Shown here: positions 45,201 through 57,200 of the stretch, in pieces
How positions within the stretch are numbered: position 1 is the stretch's first letter
Layout: every line of letters starts with the position of its first letter
Source of the DNA: an uncultured Bacteroidia bacterium
GTDB taxonomy: Bacteria > Bacteroidota > Bacteroidia > Bacteroidales > ML635J-15
Length of the DNA: 64,000 bases
NCBI GenBank assembly: GCA_902776565.1
Contig: CACYQN010000008.1
Coordinates: 89,526 to 153,525 of the forward strand
Direction of reading: 5' to 3'
Translations under genes and position numbers: made by a program
Notes under the pieces: generated by a model
What the model saw: only the letters and a program-made list of their open reading frames with translations
What the model was told of the DNA's origin: nothing
Database searches by the model: none

Positions 45201-48200
45201 TATATGCTTACCGTAGTTTGAGTTTTACAGAACGACTCAACTACAACATATCCTTCGACTGGCAGTGCAACGGTGAATCGAATTACGACTACCTGCGCGC
45301 ATTCTTGATTCCGACATCGGCAGAACCCAATCTTTCTGCCGGAAACGAAATAGCAAATGGCCACACCGAAACGCCAAATGGTTGGATTGATATCAACAAT
45401 GGACGTATGAATCAGGCTGGTCGCGAATGGATGCATGCAGACAAGACTATGATTATCGAACCAGGAGACTATTACCTGGTGTTCTACTGGCGAAACGATG
45501 ATGGCGCAGGTGATAATCCCCCCGCAGCCGTCGATAACATCAGAATAGTCAAGCTTTCATGTCCGCCGGTGACCGACATAACAGCATCCGAAATTACAAC
45601 CGAATCGGCAACATTGACCTGGACAGAAATCGGTTCGGCAGGAAGCTGGGAAGTTATTGTTTCCGAAACAGAACTTACCGATACCGAACTCGAAACAAAC
45701 AATAACGTCACAACTGTATCATCGCCATCTTATTCCGCAACAGGATTGGAACAGGCGCACACATATTATATATATGTACGCGCCGCTTGTTCGTCCGACG
45801 AGAAAAGCCGATGGGCATCAGGAGAATTCTCTTCTGCTTTTTGTGCTGCCGAAGATATGTGCGAAATACGTTACGAACTTGAAGATAGTTACGGCGACGG
45901 ATGGAACGACAACACTCTCAATGTAGTTGATGCTTCAACTGGCGATGTGTTGGCATCGTGGACAATACAGGATGGGTCGTCGGCATCAGGAACACTCGCT
46001 GTTTGCGACGGCAGGGACATCCGCTTCGAATATGTTGGTGATAATTTTACCAATGAAACTTCGTACAAGGTATATGATGTCAACGGCGATTTGATATTTG
46101 AAGGAAGCGATAAATTTACAGACCCCATACACTATATGATGTCTTGTTCGTCTTGCTTGTCCGTAAATAACTTAATGGCAACAGGAGTTAATGACGAATC
46201 GGCAACAATAAGTTGGGGAGATAGAAATTCTACAGGAACTTGGGAATTTATTGTTTCCGACCAGAATCTATCCGGCCTGGAACTCGACGGTGCAACGGTG
46301 CAGACATTGACCGACTCTACCTATTCATTATCAGGTCTTACTCCTACGACAATATATTATGTATATGTACGCTCGGTTTGTTCGGCAGAAGAAAAGAGCG
46401 GCTGGAAATCGTTGACATTCCGCACAACACAGGTACCTGCACAAATACCTTACAGTTATGGCTTCGAGGATGAGTCCGAAAACGCTATATGGACACTTAA
46501 TGTGGGAGCAAGCAACGGATGGTCCGTTGGCGAGGCTGCTTACAATGATGGTAGCAAGGGACTTTATGTTTCCAATGACAATGGTGCAAGCAACTCATAC
46601 GATACCGGTTCAGAAACAAGCATATATGCTTACCGTACATTGAATGTTCCTGAACTGTGCTACTATTCTGTAAGTTTCGACTGGATGGCAAAAGGTGAAT
46701 CTGGATATGACTACTTGCGCGCATTTATGGTTCCTACTTCGCTCAATGCTGATTTGTCGTCAGGCGTACAAAACGAGATTAATGTATCATCGACTCCTGC
46801 AAACTGGATTGAACTATATTCTAATGGTGGCAAAATGAATGATTCGGATTCGTGGCAGACCAACACTATTGAAGTTGCTCTCGAACAAGGTTTGTATAAT
46901 CTTGTGTTCTACTGGAGAAACGACAATGGAGGTGGCGAAATTCCTCCCGCAGCAATCGACAATATATCGGTAACCAAACTGGTACCGTTCAGGTTATCGG
47001 CTCAGGTTCAGCCCGGTTGGGGTTCAACTGCTGCAACTCTCGAAGGTAATATTGATTTCCTAGGTGAAGTGCAGACACTTACGGCTGGTTTCGAGTTTGG
47101 TGTTGATAATACACACTTTGCCGATTCTGTACCTGTTGTTTCAAGCGATGGAACATTCTCCCACGAATTTACTGGACTTGATGCACAGACAATATATTAC
47201 TACAGAGCCTTTGTAATATATAATGACGAACCAGTTTACTCCGACATTGCACAATTCAAGACCAGAAACAACGATAACGGAACCGAATCGAGTCCGCTCA
47301 TCATCGAAAGTGAAACTGACTGGGGCGAATTTGTTGCTGCAATACAGAACGGAGCTGGTTCTGGTGCCGATGCGGCAGGCGACTACAAGGGCAGTGAAAT
47401 AGTTGACGGCGCATTGGGAATGTACTTCAAGATTGGTAACGATTTTACTCTTACTTCAAGCAACATAACGGTCAATGGGTTCAAGGGAATATTGCTGGGC
47501 GATGGAAAAACAATAACTCTTGATAACTCCGCCGGCTACGGTACCGATTTCAAGGGTTTGTTCAGTACTATCTACAATGCTACTATCGACAGCCTTAATG
47601 TTTTGGTGGCACAGTCGATAACAATACCTTCGCCGGAAACATCCGACAACAATGGTTTTGGTCTATTATGCAGCGAAGCTTATTCTTCGTCTGTAATTTC
47701 TAACTGTACGCTTTCCGGTGGTGAAAACATATTGCTTAATTGCAATGAGGCAAGATTTGGAGTTGGTGCACTTGTCGGAAGCGTAAACGATGCTACAATA
47801 ACCAATTGTACCAACAATTTGGATGTAGATGGCTACTATGTAGCAGGTATTGCTGGACTAATGAAAGGCGGAACGATAAGCAAATGTACCAATAATGCGG
47901 CAATAAAATCGGAAACCGAAGGCTACTATGTTGGCGGAATAGTTTACTCCATAGAAGGCAATGTACAGTCAACCATAACCGAATGTCTCAACACTGGTGC
48001 TCTGACTAGCGGAGGTATAGCTGGTGGTATTGTGGCACGTATTAATGGCAGCAATTCTACCATCAGTAAATGTATGAATATTGGCCAGATAACTACAAAT
48101 TACACTGATTGGAGTACTGGAGAATATGCAGGTGGTATAGTTGGAGGAAGTAGGATGAGTTCTACAATCACCAACAATGCAAACTATGGTTCGTTCGGTA

Positions 48201-51200
48201 GGTTGTCATCTAATATAGGTGGCATTGCTGGAAACAACATGACATCACTGAGCAAGAATGTATCGGCACCAGTATATTTGAGCGAAAGTATTGCAGGAAA
48301 TTCGTCGTACAATATTTTTGCGACTATGTCTGTATCTGTGGATAATTACGAAACAGCCAACGAAGAGGACGATGATTTCTTCGACGAGCAGATAGGTGAC
48401 ATAAAGGTCGATTCGCTTCGTCTGAGATTTGCATCTCATGCTACGGCAATGCCGACAAGCGATATGGTAGGTTCGGCACTTAGCAGTTCGCTTTCGAGTG
48501 AAAACTGGATTTTCACAAACGGTCTTTACCCGATGCCCGCTGGCATTCCCGAATCACCGAAGACAACCGTAGCCAGAATACCTATGTATTTAGCCGAGAA
48601 CGAAACTGTTTTCGGTGTGATGAGCAACTTCACTGTTCCAACCACCATTTCGGGACAGACGGTAGAATGGACATCTAGCAGTCCCGATGTCATAGCAATA
48701 AGCGATGGCTCGGCAACTGTCACCCGACCAGCCAGTGGCGAAGCAGATGTAGATGTAACATTGACTGCAACTTGTCAGGGAGAAACCAAGTCATTCATAG
48801 TAAGAGTAATAGGACCGAAACAAGTTCCTGTGCTCACCGAGGGGGCAACTGTTGGTACAAGTGTAATTTTAAACGGTGAGTTCGGTTCTGAGGCAGAAGG
48901 AATTATTACATACACCAAGGAGTATGGCTTTAAGTATGGAAAGGAGAGTGACCTTTCTGATGCTGTAAATCTTGTAAGTACTAACCTTGGTATTGACCTT
49001 CACGAATCAACACGCTTCACGGCCGTAATCAATGATTTTGACGATAGCAAATACTATTATGCAGCATACGCCACTACCGCCGACGCCACAACGCTCGGTG
49101 AAATTAAGAGTTTCAAGAAATCAACCGCACCAGAGGTAATTGCAAAGTACCCGATGTGGCGTACCAACTCAGAGGCCACTATTGAATTTGACATTACACT
49201 TAACGATGGCGAGGAGTTCTATGGGGTGGAAAGTGCATTTCACTATGGTACAGAACGCACCAACCTGAACTTAACCGGAATTATCAACTACGATGACGAC
49301 TACGGCTATTATTCTACAGACCTTTCCAACCTTACCGCCGACACCAAGTACTACTATATGGCTGAGGTTTCCAATGACTTAGGTACAACCCGCAGCGACA
49401 CCCTTGAGTTCCTGACCTGTGGCACAATGACAGACAGCCGTGATGGCACCCAGTACTATACAATAAGGATTGGAAATCAGACTTGGATGGCGCAAAACTT
49501 GAAGTATGCAGGGAATATTCCCCAAGGTTCAGAAACAAGTTCCACCGATGCATACCGCTACAATCCAGATGACTTTTCTGATGCTGTTGATGAGTACGGT
49601 TACTTGTACAACTGGGCAGCCACGATGAATGGGGAAAATCCCACTAACGAAAATCCGAGCAGTGTGCAAGGAATTTGTCCTAGTGGATGGCATTTGCCAA
49701 GTGATGCAGAATGGACTCAGTTGACAGATTATTTAGGTGGAACAGGAAATGCAGGTGTTATGCTTGCAGGACAGCCAGCCGCACAAGACCGATACTGGCA
49801 AACTAGTGATATGACAATGTCGGTAACCTTTGGCAAAAGCGGTTTCAATGCTTTGCCTGCCGGTTACTATGTCGGCACCAATTATAGCAGTTTCGGCAGC
49901 GGCACTGGTTTCTGGAGTGCTACCGAGAACACCAGTGAATACGCATACGTCCGCAGCATTTACTACGAATCCACTAGCATGGATAGGAATTACGACAACA
50001 AGGTCAAAGGCAATAGTGTCCGCTGTGTAAAGGGATCGGTAGTATATGCCTACGATACATTACCATATTGTGGTGAATCGTATACTTACCACGATACTGT
50101 CATCACTGCAAGTGGCGACTATACAGTCCGTATTCAGAACGGGGAAACCGAAAACATCTACAAGTTACACCTTACATTATACCCCGCGCTTGTGCCAACA
50201 ATAAGCAGTTATAGCAACGGTTGCTACGGAGAAAATAACGGCTATGTGGAAGTAGGCGTAAGCGGTGGTGCAGGCACATACACATACAACTGGAGCACTC
50301 CCGATATGCAGACTGATGCCCGATTGAGCAATCTTGCCGATGGCGAATATACCGTGACCGTAACCGATGCGGCTGGCTGTACTGCTACTATTTCGCAGAC
50401 ACTCATCACCCCCGGAGAACTTACGGCATCGGTAAGCGGAAACAATCCTAACTGCTACGGCGACCAGACAACATTGACAGCAAATGCAAACGGTGGTACG
50501 ACAGACTATTCCTACGCTTGGAGCAGCGGTGAAAGCACATCCTCAATCACAGTTTCGCCTACCGCAACCACTACCTACACCGTTACCGTAACCGATGCAA
50601 ACAATTGTACTGTCGTAGCTTCGAAGAACATAGTTGTAAATACAGAACTCACGGTTTCAATTTCGGGCGATACCGAAGTACAGTGCTTTGGCGATATTAC
50701 AGCATCCCTTACAGCCACAGCAAATGGCGGTTCAATGGCAATGGGCTACACCTACGCTTGGAGCAACTCACAAAGCGGTCAGATTATTTCGACTCTTGGC
50801 GCAGGAAACTACAGCGTAACCGTAACCGATGGCAATAGTTGTACGGCAAGCGCAAGCACAACGATAACAGGTCCGAGCGCAGCACTTTCGATAAACATTT
50901 CGGCTACAAATAATACTCTTACTTGTAGCAATTTATCAGCAACAATTACTGCAACCGTAACTGGCGGAACTGAAGGTTATACTTATAATTGGAGCAATAG
51001 TGGGACAAATAACACATCTGAGGTTACAGCCCCAGGTTCATATACGGTAACCGTTACCGATGCAAACGGATGTTCTGTAGAGGCTGCACAGACTATAACG
51101 GAAGATAAGACTGCACCAACCGTTACAATTGATAACAACGAAACTGAACTCAACTGCAACCGCACATCGATAACACTTACGGCAACTGGCAGTGACGCTT

Positions 51201-54200
51201 CGTATGTTTGGTCAAATGGCGGAACCAATGCTGCAAATACAGTGACAGCACCTGCTACCTACACAGTAACGGCAACCGGCGCAAACGGCTGTACCAGCGA
51301 TGCAAGCACAACAATAACCCAGGTTGATAACCCGACAGTTTCGGTTACGTCTGCCGAAATCCAATGCTACGGCGAAAGCACTACTTTCACAGCCAATGCA
51401 AATGGCGGAGCAGCACCATACACATACAGTTGGCAAGACGATTTGGGGAGCGGACAGACCCTTGAAGCCCAAGCAGGAACATACGCAGTTACCGTAACTG
51501 ATAACAACGGATGTACAGCAAGCGCAAATGGAACTGCAAGCCAGCCCACCCAGTTGACGGCAAGCATAACCGACACCGACTTCACTCTTACATGTAGCAA
51601 TACATCAGTAACCCTTACCGCAAGCGTGACCGGTGGAACATCGGGATATACTTACAACTGGAGCAATAATGAGAGCAACGGTTCTTTGGTAGTTACCGAG
51701 CCGGGAACATACGTTGTAACCGTCACCGATGCAAACGGCTGTACAACAATGGCATCACAGTCCGTAATGCAGGATGTTGCAGTTCCGACCGTTTCAATAA
51801 GTAGCGATGCAACCGAACTCAACTGCAACCGCACATCGATAACGCTTACCGCATCTGCCGAAGGTACAGGAGTCACCTACCAATGGTCAAATGGAGGAAA
51901 TACTGCAGTAAACAATGTAACAGCTCCTGCGACCTACACAGTAACGGCAACTGGTTCAAATGGCTGTACCAGCGATGCAAGCACAACAATCACCCAGGTT
52001 GATAACCCGACAGTTTCGGTTACGTCTTCCGAAATCCAATGCTACGGCGAAAGCACTACTTTCACAGCCAATGCAAATGGCGGAGCAGCACCATACACAT
52101 ACAGTTGGCAAGACGATTTGGGAAGCGGACAGACCCTTGAAGCCCAAGCAGGAACATACGCAGTTACCGTAACTGATAACAACGGCTGTACAGCAAGCGC
52201 AAATGGAACTGCAAGCCAGCCCACCCAGTTGACGGCAAGCATAAGCAGTCCTACCAATGTATCCTGCAACGGAGCAAGCGACGGCTCTGCAACCGTAACG
52301 GCTAACGGTGGAACGACAGACTACACTTATCTGTGGAGCAATGCTGCAACCACACCAACCGTCAACGGCCTTGCAGCAGGAACATACAATGTAACTATAA
52401 CCGATGCAAATAGTTGTGTTGCTACAGCAAGCATAACCGTCAACGAGCCGGAAGAACTTATATCGGAACTTTCGGCTGGCACAATCGCTTGCAACGGCAG
52501 TACAACCGACATTACAAATGCTGTTAGTGGAGGAACAACACCTATTACTTACAACTGGAGCAACGGAGCAAACACACAGAATCTTACTGGCGTTGTAGCA
52601 GGAACCTACAGCGTAACCGTAAGGGACAACAACAGCTGTTCTGTTGTAAGGGAAATAACAATCACCCAGCCCAATGTGCTCACGGTTTCTGTTAATGCAG
52701 GTTCAGTAGCCTGCAATGGCTCCACGACGACAGCGAGCGCAGTAGTAAGCGGTGGTACTGAACCTTACGAGTACCAATGGAGCAATAGTGCTACCACTCA
52801 GACCATCACAGACATTATTGCAGGAACTTACAGCGTAACCGTAACTGATGACAATGGCTGTTCTACGAATGCGTTTACCACAATTACACAGCCCGATGCA
52901 CTTGCCGTAACGATTTCCGGTTCTACATCGGTTTGCGAAGGAACAACTACAACCCTCACCGCAAATGTTCAGGGCGGAACGGCTGATTTCACTTATTCGT
53001 GGAGCAACGGAGAAACAACCAACGCCATCACAACTCCACAACTCACAGTGGCAACAGAATACTCTGTTACCGTAACCGATGCAAACAACTGCATAGTTTC
53101 TACAAATGTAAATGTTGAAATCGGCGATACCCCAGGAATTGAAATCTCTCAAGTATCGGCAATCTGCGTAGGCAACGAAGTCATGTTGCAGGCAAATGTT
53201 TCCAATGCAGGAAGCGATTACACGGTTCAATGGTCAAGTTCGGACACTGGCGCAGGCTTGCCCGACATAACTTATACCGAAACTATCACCGTAACCCCCA
53301 CCGCAGCAGGAATCTACACCTATACGGCAAGCCTCACGGCAACATCGTGTAGCGATGGTCAGCCTTTCAATAGTTCGGCGAATGTACAGCTCACGGTAAA
53401 TGAATTGCCAGACGCAGCAATCACCAACAACACCAACGAAACGACAATCACTTGTAGCACAACCGAAATTTCGCTTACTGCAACTGGCGGAACAAACTAC
53501 GTTTGGTCAAATGGTGTTGAAACCGCAGATAACAATATTACTGCAGCTGGAAACTATACCGTCACCGTTACCGATGCGAACGGTTGTTCCAACACAGAAA
53601 GCATTGTTATAACCGAAGATGTTGTAGCACCGACTGTAAGCATAATCAACTCGACAGGAACAACCTTGCTTACCTGTACAACGACTGCAATAAATGTTGA
53701 GGCGCAAGGAACTGGCACATCATACCTGTGGTCAAATGATACAATTACTGCAACAAACACCTTTACAGAAGCAGGAACTTACTTTGTTACCGCAACTGCT
53801 GAAAATGGGTGTTCTTCAAGTGCTTCATTGGCAATTACTCAACCTGAAACGCTCACAGCAACCGCATCGGCTGAGCCTTTGGGAAATGACAATACAACAA
53901 GTGCAAGCGTGACTGTCAATGGTGGAACTGCTCCGTATAACTACTTGTGGAGCAACGGAGAGACATCGCAGACAATTAATAATATTTCTGTTGGAACATA
54001 TAGCGTAACGGTTACTGACGCTAACGATTGCAGCGTGACAAGTTCAGTAGCAATTTCGCTGTCCGAAGTCACTGCTTATTATCCTGCGCGTACAACAACA
54101 TCGGCAGAACTTAAAGCCAAAATTGTTGGTTCTGAAGATTTGGAATCATATAAGTTCTATTTTGGCACAGCAAGAAACAATCTTGCAGAAGTAAATGAAT

Positions 54201-57200
54201 CAATGACAAGTTTCAACAATGAGGACAGCACAATTATTGCTTATGTCAGCGACCTTACCGCTGAAACCAGATATTATTATGTTGCCGAAGTAACCAACAG
54301 TTATGGTACATCATATAGCGACACAATTTCGTTCTACACTTATGGACAAATAACCGATGACCGTGATGGCAATCAGTACTACACAATACAGATTGGCGAA
54401 CAAAAATGGATGGCAGAAAACTTGAGAGCTACGCGTTTTGCCAACGGCATAGAAATTTCTCTTGGTACAAGCATAAGTTCAACAGAACCATACCGCTACT
54501 ATCCAAATGGTGACGAAGCAAATGCAGCAGGATACGGCTATCTATACAACTGGACGGCAGTAATGAACGGAGAAAACAGCAGCAATGCTAATCCGAGCGG
54601 CGTACAAGGTATCTGTCCTAATGGATGGCATGTACCATCCAATGCAGAGTGGACGCAGTTGACAAATTATGTAGGTAGCGAATATGCTTGTGGTGGCGAT
54701 AGCAACCAAATTACCAAGGCTTTGTCTGCCAATACAGGATGGATAACATATTCTAATCCTTGTGCACCTGGTGACAACCAAAATCTAAACAATGCATCTG
54801 GTTTCAATGCTCTTACTGCTGGACACTTTAGCGGCAGCTATGGCGCATTCGGTGAAGGTCCGTATTTCTGGACTGCCACCGAAAACGATGAATCCAGGGC
54901 CCAATGTCTTACATGGAATTATAGTACTAGGGAAGTGCAGGTAAGTGGCGGAAATGACAAATATAGCAGTTTCTCAATCCGTTGCGTAAAGGGTTCGATG
55001 ACATACGTCTACGACACAGTTAACTTCTGCGGTGAAGAATATGCTTACCACGATACAACCTATACGGAAAGCGGCGACTATGTGCGCCAGATAAACATAA
55101 GTGAGGATGTTGACAGCACATTCTACCTGCACTTGACAATGTTCGATGAACTTGTTGCAACCATCAGCGACTACAACAACGGTTGCTACGGACAGGATAA
55201 TGGTTTCGCAACAGTAAGCGCAGAAGGTGGTTCCGAACCTTACAACTACGCATGGAACAATGGTGCTACCACACAAACTGCCAATGGCCTTGGTTCTGGG
55301 ACTTACAACATAACCATTACCGATGCAAATGGTTGTATTGCAATAAGTTCGGTCGAAATAACCCAACCCGATGCTATAACATCTTCATTTGCAGAAACCG
55401 CTTGCGATTCATACGAATGGAATGGAACTACTTACACCGAAACTGACGACTACACACAGACATTCCTTGCTGCTAATGGATGCGACAGCATTGTTACATT
55501 GCATTTGACAATCAACAACGCCACAACGGGCATTGATACGCAGGTTGCTTGCGATAGTTACACTTGGATTGACGGCGTAACCTACACCGAAAGCACAGAT
55601 GTTCCGACATTCACACTTAGCAATGCAGAAGGCTGCGACTCGGTAGTAACCTTGCACCTGACTATTAATCATAGCAACACAGGCATTGATGAGCAGACCG
55701 CTTGCGACAGCTACGAGTGGATTGACGGTGTAACCTATACCGAAAGCACCGATGCTCCGACATTTACATTGACGAATGCCGAAGGTTGCGACAGCATTGT
55801 AACCCTGCACCTGACAATCAATAACAGCAATACTGGCGAATTTGCCGACCAGATGTGTTCGGGTGTGCCGTATGTATATGAAGGCGAAACTTTCACCGAG
55901 GCAGGTACATACACGGTAACACTTGTCAACTCGCACGGTTGCGATAGCATTGTAACACTTACACTTACTTATTCCAACACTTGTGGTGGAATAGTAAGCG
56001 GTATAGTTACCGACGAGAATACAGGCGATGCAATTCCTAATGCAAAGGTTACCATTGGAAACAGAGTTACACGCACCAATGCCGAAGGTCAGTACTCGCT
56101 TGAAGTTATCCGTGGACTTAAAGCATTGAGGGTATCGGCAACAGGCTATATTTCGTATAGCAGAACAGTTGATATTCAGTCGGATACCACTTTCAATGCA
56201 TCGCTCAATTCGCCTCAAATTCATACCGATACCGATAGTATAATAGTGTCGTCGTATCCATATCTTGAACAGAGCGATTCCATTACACTCAGCAACAACG
56301 GCAATGGCACATTAGTATGGAGTTCTATCACCGAGTACGACAACCTTGAACTTATCGAGGATTCAACAATACAGCGCCGTAACACACGCAGCCTATGGGA
56401 CAGCATACAGACCTTCGCAACACGCGAGAACGCCGAGCAGGCAATCGCTACCGATGGCTTCTTCATCTACACTGCTTCGTGGATGCGTCCGGGCGAGTTC
56501 AACAGATATACTCCGAATGGCGAATATGTTGAAACATTCTATGTGGAAAATGTAGGTTCAATCAGGAACTTGTCCTACGACGGAACTTATTTCTACGGAA
56601 CGGAAGCAACTAATATCATTTTCAAGATTGACCTTGACAACCAAATGCTTGTCGATAGCATAGAAACCGACATTCCAGAAATCCGCCACTGCTCGTTCAA
56701 CCGTCAGGACGGTAGCCTGCTCGCTGGTAGCTGGAACTCGCTGTACAGGATTGACACAGCCAGCGGTACTTCTCAGCAAATAAGAGACGACCTTGCAAAT
56801 GTATATAGCTCTGCATTCGACAACCTATCGGCTGGCGGGCCTTATCTGTGGCTGTTCTCGCAGACTTCGCAGAACAATGGACCATCGGCTTGTATCAGGC
56901 AGTTTAATATCAGCACTGGCGAATACACCAGCAAGACGCATTATCTTGACGACATAAATCTTACAAATTCGTCGCTGGCAGGTGGTATCTGTGCTTCGGA
57001 ATATGTTTGCGAAGGCAGGTTTGTACTTCTCGCCGATGTTCAGAACCCGGCAGGGAGCAATACAATCGCAACATACGAAATAGGCCGTACCAGCAATGTA
57101 GTGAAGACTGGAAAGAAGAGCGGCATGATAGAGCCTAACGGCAGCGAAAGCATATCGGTTAAGGCTAACGCAACCGCAACCGGCGACTACACCGCAACCA

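Noticed and set aside
51100-52235. Diversity-generating retroelement (template/variable repeat) targeting the lectin-like or SprB domains
   Set aside because: No reverse transcriptase ORF is in the window. The 4 mismatches between the near-identical copies (a/c, g/t, g/a, a/c) are not adenine-specific.
50180-54060. Regular ~225-nt periodicity considered as a CRISPR-like or non-coding tandem array
   Set aside because: The periodicity is in-frame and encodes SprB-type protein repeats. There are no short identical direct repeats separated by unique spacers, and no cas genes are in the window.
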